Shown: positions 27,630-37,545, counted from the first letter of the stretch. The stretch is DNA of 64,000 nucleotides from Candidatus Altiarchaeota archaeon (GCA_043813075.1 JBDRLL010000003.1:64001-128000), one strand, 5' to 3'. Made by a program: numbers and translations. Notes: generated from the letters alone by a model not told the origin.

Positions 27630-28949
27630 ATGGGTTCATGCACGCTGATACTAAACTACGGGAGATGCGGTTGGGGTTCATGCCTCTTCTGCGGCTATGG
27701 AAGGTCATCGGGCAGGAAGCCTGACGTCGACGCATTAAAGAGGGAATTCGACGACTTCTTCGGAAAGATGGGGGAGGACGCGGAAGAAGTGAAGGTGTTC
27801 AGTTCCGGAAGCTTCTTGGACGACAGGCAGATACCGGCGGAAGCCAGGAGACACTTCATAGGGAAATGCATGGAGAAGGATATAAGGAGGGTGACTATAG
27901 AATCCCGCCCGGAATACGTCACAAAAGAAAAGCTCGAAGAATTCGAGGGGGTGAAGGTCACCCTGGCGATAGGATTAGAGTCCGCGGACAACCAGGTTCT
28001 TGAAAGGATAAACAAGGGATTCAGGAGGGAGGACTATGAGAGGGCTGCGGACATTGTGAAAAAGTCAGGGGGTGATGTTAGGACATATCTGCTCGTGAAC
28101 CCGCCATACGTGAAGGATGTCTGTAAGAGCGTGGATGATTCCGTTGAATACGCGTTAAAACACTCTGACAGCATAGTCCTGATAAACCTCCTCCCACACA
28201 GTAACGCGCCGCTATTCAAGAAATGGGTTGCAGGAGAATGGAGCTTCCTAGATAGGAGAGGATTCGATGAGGCGACAGCCCGGTGGGCTGACAACCCTAA
28301 AATCGAACTGGATTATGAGACATTCAAGTTCACGCCGCAATTCCCAGACCATATGAAGACGCCGATAAATGGCGTTGGGGAGGAGTATCTGACACACCCC
28401 TATTTCGAGGCCTGGCAGGACTATCTGGACAGGTTCTACCAGCCGTCTGAACGGAAGAAGACGCTGCTCCTCCTACCATGCAGCTACAGGAAACCGTACA
28501 GCGAGTCAAAGACCCACAAGGAGATAATAGGGGTTATCGGGGAAATCGGCGGGAGAGACCGCATACACGAAGTCATGCTCAGTAATGCGGGAGTCATACC
28601 AAGAGAATTCGAGGACAGATACCCCTTCAACGCATACGATTGGGATGAGAGCCTGGAGACGCCGGAGATAAGGAAGAGGTATGTGCAAGTCACGTCAGAG
28701 AGAATAGCCAACTATTTAAGAGCGCACGGAAAAAGATATGACAGGAAGGCCTGCTACCTCCGGAGAGCGTCGGACTCCCATCAGGCAGTCGAGAAGGCGT
28801 TCAAAGAGCTTGGTATGGAATTCGACAACCTGCTTTCCCCAGAAACCGACGGCAAACTAGATGGCGGGACAAGCGGCCTTAGGAAGCCGGAAGCGCTAGA
28901 TGATTTGAGGGAGGGTTTAAGACGGCTACTGCAAAATTCCACGCGATAG
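27630..28949 (+). CDS. Archaeosine biosynthesis radical SAM (RaSEA-like) fused to an ArcS-type (DUF5591-like) domain
   Basis: CGWGSCLFCGY, KVFSSGSFLD, IESRPEY, AIGLESAD, INKG and TYLL motifs, then LLLPCSYRKPYSESKTH...GVIPRE. Confidence 0.82.
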   Translation: MGSCTLILNYGRCGWGSCLFCGYGRSSGRKPDVDALKREFDDFFGKMGEDAEEVKVFSSGSFLDDRQIPAEARRHFIGKCMEKDIRRVTIESRPEYVTKEKLEEFEGVKVTLAIGLESADNQVLERINKGFRREDYERAADIVKKSGGDVRTYLLVNPPYVKDVCKSVDDSVEYALKHSDSIVLINLLPHSNAPLFKKWVAGEWSFLDRRGFDEATARWADNPKIELDYETFKFTPQFPDHMKTPINGVGEEYLTHPYFEAWQDYLDRFYQPSERKKTLLLLPCSYRKPYSESKTHKEIIGVIGEIGGRDRIHEVMLSNAGVIPREFEDRYPFNAYDWDESLETPEIRKRYVQVTSERIANYLRAHGKRYDRKACYLRRASDSHQAVEKAFKELGMEFDNLLSPETDGKLDGGTSGLRKPEALDDLREGLRRLLQNSTR

Positions 28950-28990
28950 GAGAGGCTTCACACTGGCTTCAGGTTAGGCTCCAGGAGGAA

Positions 28991-29377
28991 TTGCACGCCC
29001 ACGGGCTGGAAGGCAGTGTCACACGGGCGGACGACAAGACTTTTGTCGTGGTCGTTGAGGGTGATGTTGAAGCCATAAGGAAGTTGTATAACGATGTTCA
29101 CGCTGCGCTCGCTGACAACGTGAAGTTGAGTGATATCGTATTGTCAAAGACTGATCCGCCCAGGGATGTTGTGGAGGATCCGTTGAGGCAGGTTATTGAT
29201 TCGGTGCAGAGGATGGAGCAGAGGATAATAAGGATAGAGAACAAGTTGAATGCGATACTCGCGCGTCTGGAGTCGGGAGGATTCAATGGGGGGAGTGATG
29301 AGTCCTATAGGGAGTATGGTTCTGGTGAGATTAGTGAAGAGTCGACGAACGCGTTTGCGAGCATGTTCGGGGACTGA
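28991..29377 (+). CDS. Degenerate acylphosphatase-fold protein with C-terminal coiled coil
   Basis: GLEGSVTRADDKTFVVVVEGD resembles acylphosphatase beta2-beta3; the frame stays open upstream to 28904, so the start is uncertain. Confidence 0.55.
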   Translation: MHAHGLEGSVTRADDKTFVVVVEGDVEAIRKLYNDVHAALADNVKLSDIVLSKTDPPRDVVEDPLRQVIDSVQRMEQRIIRIENKLNAILARLESGGFNGGSDESYREYGSGEISEESTNAFASMFGD

Positions 29378-29380
29378 CGC

Positions 29381-29575
29381 CTATAGGCTGGAGAGCTGGC
29401 GCTTAAGATGGGATATCTCCGTCTGGTATTGCTTAAGCTTGTGGGTTTTAGAGAGACGGCTTTCACTGCTGTTGCGGAGTTCATGAATCTTCTCCTGGTA
29501 GTCGGATATCTTAGACTCTATATCAGTCTTCTGCTTATGCATTCGCTCGATAGCTGCTTTGGATAGTTTCGCCAT
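29381..29575 (-). CDS. Small coiled-coil hypothetical protein
   Basis: 64-aa ATG ORF with heptad pattern; AT-rich promoter-like region upstream. Confidence 0.55.
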   Translation of the reverse strand: MAKLSKAAIERMHKQKTDIESKISDYQEKIHELRNSSESRLSKTHKLKQYQTEISHLKRQLSSL

Positions 29576-29671
29576 CAGGTTATTTAATTAGATCCATGAG
29601 TAATAAAAGAGAAAACTTATAATATAAAAACATATCTTATATTATAAAAAAATTGTTTTTATTAGATAAGT

Positions 29672-30193
29672 TTATCTGGTCAGTAACTTCAGATGCCTGT
29701 CAACCCACTGATTCCTATCCTGTAGATACAAGATGACCTCAGCGAACTGGTCGTTAACATCAAAATAACGCAGGGTTATGCCATTATCCCTGTAAGGAAC
29801 AAGTTCCGTTATCCGATAATGAGGGATGTATAATATGGACTCACCGCTGCTGGGAGGCTCCGCCAGAACACCAATGTTGGTCAAGTAGATGTCTGAACGA
29901 ATGGGGTTTAACGGAAAATCCTGCTCTCCAATACTTACAAAAACAACATAGCTTGAATTCCCAGAAGACGTTAAGAGAACCTTCTCCTGCTCCGGGAAAT
30001 ACAGCTTCTTCTCCTGATTGAAATAATTGTAGAGACCGAAAATGGATAAAACACCAGCAAAAGCGCCAACAATCAGCGCGATAACACCCATATCCAACGC
30101 TGAACCGAACACGTAGATGAAGAACACCAGGCAAGCCAATAGAGCCAGCATAATGACGCCTGAAAACCTGCCTGACATGAAATTCAAGTTCAT
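29672..30193 (-). CDS. Membrane protein with two TM helices and a PH-like C-terminal domain
   Basis: Two TM helices, then IYLTNIGV...YIPHYRITE and a terminal W-containing helix. Confidence 0.6.
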   Translation of the reverse strand: MNLNFMSGRFSGVIMLALLACLVFFIYVFGSALDMGVIALIVGAFAGVLSIFGLYNYFNQEKKLYFPEQEKVLLTSSGNSSYVVFVSIGEQDFPLNPIRSDIYLTNIGVLAEPPSSGESILYIPHYRITELVPYRDNGITLRYFDVNDQFAEVILYLQDRNQWVDRHLKLLTR

Positions 30194-30257
30194 TTTAAAA
30201 CCCAAAAAAACACCCTGAAAGCCTTATATATTAATTAAACAGTAGAATAAAAGAAAC

Positions 30258-30788
30258 ATGAGGATACTCTGGTGCGTGACTGGCGCAAGCCACCTGCTGG
30301 AGGAAACCACCAGAATAATGCTTGAAACAGCCCAGAAGAACAAAGTAACTGCGGCATTCTCAAGGGCTGGGCTGGAAGTATCCAAGGTTTTCGGCGAATA
30401 CGATAGGATGACTGCCGCGGCTGAAAAAACACTCTTCGAGGGGGAGGAGGGTGCGAGCTCGCCCATATGCATGAGCCTTGACTCCTATGGTCTGGTGGTA
30501 GTCGCACCATGCACCGCTAACACGGCCGCAAAACTGGCGCACGGCATAGCGGACTCGCTTGTGACAAACATCGCAGCCCAGTCAATGAAGAGGGGTAAGG
30601 ACATACTGATACTCCCAACAGACTCTGAAGGGGAAGCGAGCTCGAAAACACTTTCAGGGAAAGAGATTAGGATTAGATGCAGGGGCGTTGACCTGGAGAA
30701 CGTTGAAAGACTCGCTTCAGAGGGAGTAGTGGTGGTGAAGACGCCAGGCCAGCTCAGAGAAATGCTCGGCAGACATAAACGCCCTTAA
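30258..30788 (+). CDS. Archaeal flavoprotein (AfpA-like, HFCD family)
   Basis: ILWCVTGASH, VVAPCTANTAAKLAHGIADSLVTN and LPTD motifs. Confidence 0.85.
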   Translation: MRILWCVTGASHLLEETTRIMLETAQKNKVTAAFSRAGLEVSKVFGEYDRMTAAAEKTLFEGEEGASSPICMSLDSYGLVVVAPCTANTAAKLAHGIADSLVTNIAAQSMKRGKDILILPTDSEGEASSKTLSGKEIRIRCRGVDLENVERLASEGVVVVKTPGQLREMLGRHKRP

Positions 30789-31687
30789 ACATTCCTCCTG
30801 GAATGCTTGGAGATGTCGTGGACGTAGTCCCTCAAACCGAAACCCAAGGCTATAGCCAGGCCGAGGGAGAAGCCTGCCATAAGAATCTTGAATGAATCAG
30901 TGAGGACCGAGACGTCAACATCCTTTTTGAGTATCGGCAGCGCCAGGACGATGCCGAAGAACACTATAGTAACCTCGGTTATGAGCGCTAATATCTCCTT
31001 GAAGACGACATTCCTCTGCCTGAGGGACTCTGACGCGTACTTTGAGAGGATGAGTGATATCACTATCAGGATGACTCCGGAAATCGCCTCCGGTATGTAG
31101 GACAGGAGACTTCCTATGAACGAGCCGATGAAGTTCAAGTCTAGCTTGATGGCTCCCTCACCCATGAACAAAAGCACTATGTACCATTTCAGGAGGCCTC
31201 CTGTAGCGCTTGCCAGTGATATGCCGCCCAACGCCCCGCCCACATTGTACTTCTTGAGCTTATCCTCAGTGCCCATCACATCCAACGCGTCTTTCACTAT
31301 CTTCTCGACCACGCCGCCGATTATCAGGCCCAGTATAGTGAGCACTATGAACCAGAATAGGCTGGTCATGAAGTCGTATATTGTGAATGATATGCTCAAG
31401 CCAGTGGTCGTGAGTATCAATGCCACGACAAACCAGCGTATGTAGTGCTTTATGAAGGATCGTATGGAACCCCAAAGCTTTGAGGTCATCGCCCCATACC
31501 GGACAAACTGCCTTTCAAGCTCTTTGAGGGAGAACAAGGCTTCCACGAAGTTGGACACGATTAGGCCAACAACATAGCCTACAGTGAGGGTTATTATGGT
31601 CTGAAACGCTATTAGAACGTACTTCATGAAGAAGCCGAACGCCTGAATCAGGTATGACGGGTCTATCTGTATGTCCATCTTGTACAA
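30785..31687 (-). CDS. TM-helix repeat membrane protein (MscS-associated/CmpX-like)
   Basis: Multiple TM helices; LLSYIPEAI and LAIALGFGLRD motifs. Confidence 0.7.
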   Translation of the reverse strand: MYKMDIQIDPSYLIQAFGFFMKYVLIAFQTIITLTVGYVVGLIVSNFVEALFSLKELERQFVRYGAMTSKLWGSIRSFIKHYIRWFVVALILTTTGLSISFTIYDFMTSLFWFIVLTILGLIIGGVVEKIVKDALDVMGTEDKLKKYNVGGALGGISLASATGGLLKWYIVLLFMGEGAIKLDLNFIGSFIGSLLSYIPEAISGVILIVISLILSKYASESLRQRNVVFKEILALITEVTIVFFGIVLALPILKKDVDVSVLTDSFKILMAGFSLGLAIALGFGLRDYVHDISKHSRRNV

Positions 31688-31749
31688 ATTGTTTGATGTT
31701 TAGTAAATAAGTATGCTGGCATATATAACGGCGAGTAAAACGCCATACG

Positions 31750-33204
31750 TCACACTGAATTATCCACGCCCTTAGACGGCTTAAATAGCAGGATAATGCG
31801 CAATACGCGCAATAGAGGCTTCATCAAGGCATGGAACATTCTTGTTCTCCCGAACAGGAGGTGGGCTTTACCGCCGATTATCGCACGGTTTATCATCTTC
31901 CTGCCCACCGGGTTTTCATAGCTTGTCGCCAGGTTCTTCCTGAATATCCGCTTGTTGGACATACGTAGTACTTCTTCCGCTTTCTCTGTGTCGAAGCCTA
32001 CCTTACAGACGTATGACATGTGATCCCAGTAATCCAGGTCTGTTATGCCGACTTTCCCTTCCTCAAGGAATTCGTCCATAAGCCTGCCGTGGGGGGTGAA
32101 CTTCTGGTAGACCACCATGCTGGGATTCACTTCGTCCATGAAGTCTGTCTTCTCGACTATCGAATCCATTGATTCCAGGGGAGAGCCGACTATCATGGAG
32201 GCTATGACAAACACCCCGTTTTCAATCAGTATTGAGAACACCTCCTTGACTCGCAAGGCATCGTATCTCTTGCCGTAGTATCCCATTATCTCCTCGTTAA
32301 CGTCCTCAATGCCGAAGAGTATGGCCTTCACCCCAGCCTCGCGAGCTAGGGGTATCAGGTCAGGGTGGCTTATGAACGTGTCGACCCTCGCCTGGATGCT
32401 CGCGTTGATATCCAGCTTCCGCTCTGAAATGAGTTGCAGCAGCCGCCTGGTCTTGGAGACGTCGCCGAAGAAGTTGTCGTCAGCGAACATCAGGTTTTTC
32501 ACACCCATGCTCCGGGCATAGTATTCGATGTCTTCAGCCATGCGTTCGGGACTCCTTGTCCTGTATGGTGTGAAGAAGTCTTTTGAGGAGCAGAACAGGC
32601 ATTTGTGGGGGCACCCCCGGGACCAGTCGACCAGTAGGAATGGTTTTTCACACCATACGAAGTCGTAGTCATTGACGTCTATCAGCCTGAAGTCCGGGCG
32701 GGGCAGGTCATCCAAGTCAACCGTATCCTGTCTCCCAGAGTATCTGACCGCGCCGTCCTCCAGATAGTAGACCCCCTTAACCAGGGAGACTGGCTTGCCT
32801 GAATCGATCGAGTCCACGAGGCTCTTGAAGACAAAGTCTCCCTCGCCGGAGACTATGTAGTCCATAACCCGGCCCTTGAGTAGTGATTCGAAGTCCCGGT
32901 CCCTGAAGAAGATGTAGCTGCCTCCTGCGACAATAACCATGGTGTCGTCGAGCTCACGCAACTCCCTTAAGAGCTTTAGTGATTTAGTGTATGAAACGGT
33001 GTGAAGCAGGCTTATGCCCAGCACCTGAGGCTTGAACTCCCTCACCGCGTCGAACAGGATGCTGTCACCGCAAGCAGTCAAGTCTATAAGACGCACTTCA
33101 TGGTCAGGCTCAAGGATTGCGGCGATATACAGCAACCCTAGGGGCATCGCATTACCCAGAACTGATTCGACGTTAGAGTCGGGATTGACAAGTAAAACCC
33201 TCAT
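31750..33204 (-). CDS. Cobalamin-binding radical SAM protein (class B-like) #1
   Basis: MRVLLVNP...PLGLLYIAA, VAGG, SGEGD, WSRGCPHKCLFC, FADDNF and FGIE motifs. Confidence 0.9.
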   Translation of the reverse strand: MRVLLVNPDSNVESVLGNAMPLGLLYIAAILEPDHEVRLIDLTACGDSILFDAVREFKPQVLGISLLHTVSYTKSLKLLRELRELDDTMVIVAGGSYIFFRDRDFESLLKGRVMDYIVSGEGDFVFKSLVDSIDSGKPVSLVKGVYYLEDGAVRYSGRQDTVDLDDLPRPDFRLIDVNDYDFVWCEKPFLLVDWSRGCPHKCLFCSSKDFFTPYRTRSPERMAEDIEYYARSMGVKNLMFADDNFFGDVSKTRRLLQLISERKLDINASIQARVDTFISHPDLIPLAREAGVKAILFGIEDVNEEIMGYYGKRYDALRVKEVFSILIENGVFVIASMIVGSPLESMDSIVEKTDFMDEVNPSMVVYQKFTPHGRLMDEFLEEGKVGITDLDYWDHMSYVCKVGFDTEKAEEVLRMSNKRIFRKNLATSYENPVGRKMINRAIIGGKAHLLFGRTRMFHALMKPLLRVLRIILLFKPSKGVDNSV

Positions 33205-33216
33205 CCTGGATAACAA

Positions 33217-34692
33217 TTATACTTTATCAAGGTATAAGCGCCTGGCCGCCCCCCATAATCTCCATTCCACAGGATGGTTGAAGTACCTCCGCCGCCACCT
33301 GGCTTCAGCTGAAATATTGAAGAGGTAGTGGAATACATCGTATGCAGCCACCATAAGACTGCTTCCCCCAAGCCACGCCTTCTTCACCTCCGGACCCCTG
33401 GAGGCCAGCCGCTCATGGAAGTGGGTGAAGCGGACTATGTTTGATATCGTATCCAACTGGGACTGGGCTTCCATGCTCATCCAGGGGAGACGCACGGAGT
33501 CGAACCTCCATCCACCCCATTCTTCCAGGGAACCATGCACCATCATGCCCTGGGAGACCGCGGTTTCATGGATGGGCGTGCCAGGCTGGGGTATGAGCAT
33601 CCATAGGTTACATACCTCCGTCCTAGGGTTCAGCCTCCTGAGCTCGTCCACCAGGCTGAGGGTCTTGGACAGGTCTCCTGGAGTCTCATCAGGCCAGCCG
33701 ATGATGAAGCTCACCATTGGCGTTATCCCATAGTCCCCGCACTTTCGGACAGAATCAGTTATCTGGCTGACTGTGATACCCTTCCCAATCCCGTCAAGTA
33801 TCCTCTGGGAGCCTGACTCAGCGCCGAAAAACAGCGTCTCGCATCCGCTATCCCCCAGGAGTCTGGTGAACTCATCATCGTATCCGGAGAAATAGTCAGC
33901 CCTATTATAGGCCATCCACTTCACGTCCCACCCCTCCCGTATTATCGCCGAGCAGATGCTCCGCATCCTCTCCTTGTCGACAAAGGAGTTGTCCTCCTGG
34001 AAGGTTATGCTGTTTGCGCCGACTTCTTCTATTATGTTCCTTAGCTCCTCCACCACAACCTCGGGTTTCTTCGCCCTCCAGCCGCCCTTGCTGTAGCAGT
34101 GGTTAAAGCAGAACGTGCAGTTGTGGGGGCATCCCCTGCTGGACTGGTAGGAGAAGTATTCCCTGCAGTCGATGTATTTACGCAAGTCCACCAGATCGTA
34201 GTGGAGGCTGCCTATGGCGTTCATGTCCGTGAAACCCCTCGGTGGGGTTGAGACGACAACCCCGTCTTTCTTGAATGCGATTCCGTTGACATCCTTTAGC
34301 GGACCCTCATCCCTGACAGTGTTGGCAAGCTCTATGATGGTTTCCTCGCCGTCACCACTGACGGCGATGTCGACGAGACTGCTGGCCGCAGTCTGCTCCG
34401 GCAGCATCGTGGCGTGGGGCCCGCCCCATACTATCGGGATGTTTGGGTCTTCCTCGCGTATCATGCCTGCGACAGCGAGGCCGTGGCTTATCTGCGGCCC
34501 TGTCATGGATGTTATGCCTGCCAGAAGATACTCGCCGTCGAGATGCTTGAGGTCTTGAATCCGTGTGTCCACGATTTTCGGGTCGTAACCAGCATTCCGG
34601 AGGACTGTTCCAAGGTTTAGGAGCGGGAGCGGCATGTAGGGCGCCCTCTCTTTTTTTCCAGGGTATATCAGGAGTATTTTATCTGTCGCCAT
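33217..34692 (-). CDS. Cobalamin-binding radical SAM protein (class B-like) #2
   Basis: ILLIYPG...PLPLL, WGGPHAT, GDGEET, SSRGCPHNCTFC, GAESGSQRIL and PQPGT motifs; start MATDK at 34692. Confidence 0.92.
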   Translation of the reverse strand: MATDKILLIYPGKKERAPYMPLPLLNLGTVLRNAGYDPKIVDTRIQDLKHLDGEYLLAGITSMTGPQISHGLAVAGMIREEDPNIPIVWGGPHATMLPEQTAASSLVDIAVSGDGEETIIELANTVRDEGPLKDVNGIAFKKDGVVVSTPPRGFTDMNAIGSLHYDLVDLRKYIDCREYFSYQSSRGCPHNCTFCFNHCYSKGGWRAKKPEVVVEELRNIIEEVGANSITFQEDNSFVDKERMRSICSAIIREGWDVKWMAYNRADYFSGYDDEFTRLLGDSGCETLFFGAESGSQRILDGIGKGITVSQITDSVRKCGDYGITPMVSFIIGWPDETPGDLSKTLSLVDELRRLNPRTEVCNLWMLIPQPGTPIHETAVSQGMMVHGSLEEWGGWRFDSVRLPWMSMEAQSQLDTISNIVRFTHFHERLASRGPEVKKAWLGGSSLMVAAYDVFHYLFNISAEARWRRRYFNHPVEWRLWGAARRLYLDKV

Positions 34693-34732
34693 GCTTAATG
34701 TTTGATGATTATTACAAGAGTACCATATAAAG

Positions 34733-36073
34733 ATGGAGTTGGGGAAAAGCAGGAGCCTCTGTCCCATATGCCTGAAGGAGATTGACGCGAGCATAATCCA
34801 GGATGATGGGAGGGTGTTCATCTCTAGGGAGTGCGCTGCGCATGGATTGTTTGTTGACCCACACCTCTACGAGGATCCGGTCATATACAAGGCGCTCTCC
34901 AACATGGACTGCGGCGGGGATGACGTCCTACCGGACACTCTAGTGTTCCACACTACACCAGCATGCAACATGGACTGCCAGTTCTGCCCTATACCAGGCG
35001 AGATGAGGTCTGGTGAAGGCCCTGAGATAGGTGAGATTATGGATGAGGTCTCCAGATTCCATGGGTCTACCATATTCCTGTGCGGGGGAGAGCCGACCAT
35101 AAGGGGGGATTTGCCGGAGATAGTCGGGAAAATCTCAGGTGCAGGGAAGAATGTGCTGGTCTTCACCAACGGACTGAGACTAGCGGACAGGAAAAACGTG
35201 GATTCCCTCAAGGCCACAGGCCTGACCCAGGTCATACTCTCGTTCAGCACGTTTCAAGAGGAGAAGGACATTAAAGTCTACGGCTCCCGCGTCACTTCAT
35301 TGAAGCTGAAGGCCTTGGAGAACCTGAAGGCCACGCTGACCCCGACCGGCTTCTCATTCCTAGTATTCAAGGACATTAACGAAGACGAGGTGGATAAGGT
35401 GATCGGATACGCGGTAGACAACCGGGAGTGGGTCAAGAGCATATGCTTTCAGGTGGTCTGGAGGCCTTCCGAAAGGGACTCCAGCATGGTGAAGCAGAAG
35501 GGGATAATAGACCTTGTGCGAAAATCCGCTGGAATTGATGTTGAAGACTTCATAGAATGCACTGTCTTCGGCAGCACTGTGTCTGAGATTTTCAGGAGGA
35601 TTACGGGCAGGGGTGGGCGCGTGTATTCCAGGTGCGAGCTAAGATGCCAGTCATGGGTGTCAGATGGACGACTTGTGCCATTATCCGGGATGATTGATTT
35701 GAAGACTGTGAACGAATCGCTACGGAGAATTAACAGCCGCCTCAAGGGGTCAGCAGCCCGGAAGATTGGTGTGATGATCTTGTTTTTCCCTTACACAGAA
35801 TTATTGAAGTCGTTCATATTCAACAGGGACTTCAGAAACTTCTGCCTTAGCAGGTTTTCAGGCATGCTCTCAGGTATAGTGCACGGCAGGATGTTCCGCG
35901 AGTCGTTGGGGAAGGACATGCTCGGATTCATGGTGGGGAGATATTATACCAGGTACAACATCGACTTGGGGTTGGCGGATACTTGCAGGTACTGCAGGTC
36001 TCCTGAGGGAAACGACATCTCATACTGCATATGCGATATGATAGGGTGGACTGAGAACAAGCAGACTGCTTGA
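34733..36073 (+). CDS. MJ0619/Tes-like radical SAM protein #1
   Basis: N-terminal SRSLCPIC...CAAHG metal-binding module; CNMDCQFC; GGEPT; TNG; Cys-rich C-terminus. Confidence 0.85.
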   Translation: MELGKSRSLCPICLKEIDASIIQDDGRVFISRECAAHGLFVDPHLYEDPVIYKALSNMDCGGDDVLPDTLVFHTTPACNMDCQFCPIPGEMRSGEGPEIGEIMDEVSRFHGSTIFLCGGEPTIRGDLPEIVGKISGAGKNVLVFTNGLRLADRKNVDSLKATGLTQVILSFSTFQEEKDIKVYGSRVTSLKLKALENLKATLTPTGFSFLVFKDINEDEVDKVIGYAVDNREWVKSICFQVVWRPSERDSSMVKQKGIIDLVRKSAGIDVEDFIECTVFGSTVSEIFRRITGRGGRVYSRCELRCQSWVSDGRLVPLSGMIDLKTVNESLRRINSRLKGSAARKIGVMILFFPYTELLKSFIFNRDFRNFCLSRFSGMLSGIVHGRMFRESLGKDMLGFMVGRYYTRYNIDLGLADTCRYCRSPEGNDISYCICDMIGWTENKQTA

Positions 36074-36095
36074 TGAGCCGCTTGGTCCTGGTGAG

Positions 36096-37433
36096 TCATG
36101 GATTATCTGATTCCCGCGACCGGAACACTTCCCTAAGGCAGAACGGAACGACTCTATCTCCCTCAAAGCCTCCGAGACTGCAGCAGGACATGAATTCATA
36201 ATCCACGTTTGACGCGTCAAAATACCTGTTAGCTATTATACTGCACACCTGAGGCAGCATCATTGTTATCGGATGGTCATTTTCCGCAATGATCTTCCAT
36301 AATCCGGATGCGCTCGGCAGCATGAACAATATTGCGCGCGCGTCTCTGACGCTAGAGAGGAATGCGAGGATAGTCTTCACTAGGGCGCCTGCTTTCCCTG
36401 CTTTTCCATTGAAGTCTGTGCTAACGCTTATCTTGGATAGCCTTTCTGAGAGTGCCTGCATGTCCAGCAGATGGTTTAAAGGCGTTAGAGAATCCCCCAT
36501 ACGGACTAGGTATAGCCGTAGGTAGCATGCTGAAACCCGCCTACCACCCCTCCCAGACATCTTTCGCATAAGCTGGCTGAAGCAGAAGCCGAACCTGGTG
36601 CACTCGAGGAAGTCTTCCAAGCAGGTTCCCAGATGCATGCATACCAGATCAGCGGACTTGCTTGCAGGCACTGAACGCCCCGCGTCATTCCCATTTGGAT
36701 TCCAGTAGGATGAGAAAGCTAAACCCCTTATCCTACCCCTATGACGCCTCAAAAGTTCTATGAAGCCTGGAACCTGGTCCTCGTTTACGCCGTCCCGTAG
36801 GACAACATTCAGGAAGACTGGTATGTCTAGTTGAAGTAGGTTTTTTAACGCCCCCATCTTCTTCCCGACCACTTCCTCGCCGTATAGCCGGATGCCCTGA
36901 CCAGCATCCAGTGTGTCCAATGAGAGCACTATCAGTGGCTTGTTTCTTGAGAATGAACTGGCATAATCCATGCTGCCCAGCCTAATCCCGTTGGTGAAGA
37001 ATGAGGGATGATATCCCATAGACCTTAATTCACCTATTATCCCCGGCAGGTCGTCGCGCATGGTAGGCTCCCCGCCGAACAAGTATATTATGGAGCCGCC
37101 GAACCCAGCGGCAGTGGAGACTAATTCTTCCAGAGATATCGGATGTTCTTCCACCATGCCTTGAGGCTTAAAGCAGTCTGGGCAGTTCATGTTGCATAAT
37201 CCGGTGACATCCAGAAAAGCAGTGTCCGGAGACCATTCACCGTCTTCAGGGTCGATGGCCAGGAGTGACTTCATTGACGCGTAGACTTGCTTGTCTTGGA
37301 AAACGTGCGGGCTCACTGAAGTGCCATGCTCCGGGCATTCCTGCCTTATGAACATTCTCCCGCCATCCTCGAAGACCGTTGCATCAACATCCCTCAAGCA
37401 CTTCGGACAGATGCTCCGTGAATTTGATTCCAA
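36096..37433 (-). CDS. MJ0619/Tes-like radical SAM protein #2
   Basis: SRSICPKC...CPEHG; CNMNCPDC; GGEPT; TNG; C-terminal SCCS...VPFC; TTG start. Confidence 0.87.
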   Translation of the reverse strand: MESNSRSICPKCLRDVDATVFEDGGRMFIRQECPEHGTSVSPHVFQDKQVYASMKSLLAIDPEDGEWSPDTAFLDVTGLCNMNCPDCFKPQGMVEEHPISLEELVSTAAGFGGSIIYLFGGEPTMRDDLPGIIGELRSMGYHPSFFTNGIRLGSMDYASSFSRNKPLIVLSLDTLDAGQGIRLYGEEVVGKKMGALKNLLQLDIPVFLNVVLRDGVNEDQVPGFIELLRRHRGRIRGLAFSSYWNPNGNDAGRSVPASKSADLVCMHLGTCLEDFLECTRFGFCFSQLMRKMSGRGGRRVSACYLRLYLVRMGDSLTPLNHLLDMQALSERLSKISVSTDFNGKAGKAGALVKTILAFLSSVRDARAILFMLPSASGLWKIIAENDHPITMMLPQVCSIIANRYFDASNVDYEFMSCCSLGGFEGDRVVPFCLREVFRSRESDNP

Positions 37434-37488
37434 AAAAACCCCTCAAACACAGATTATGAGACAGGCAAGATATATTATTGTTAAGTTC

Positions 37489-37506
37489 TGATATTCAATA
37501 ATATCA
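37489..37506. promoter_or_regulatory. Palindromic putative operator in a divergent promoter
   Basis: tgatatt-caat-aatatca (7-bp arms) between divergently transcribed radical SAM genes. Confidence 0.35.
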
Positions 37507-37545
37507 AGGGTGTACGCTAGTGCAAAGAATTTCCGAATGGTTTGA

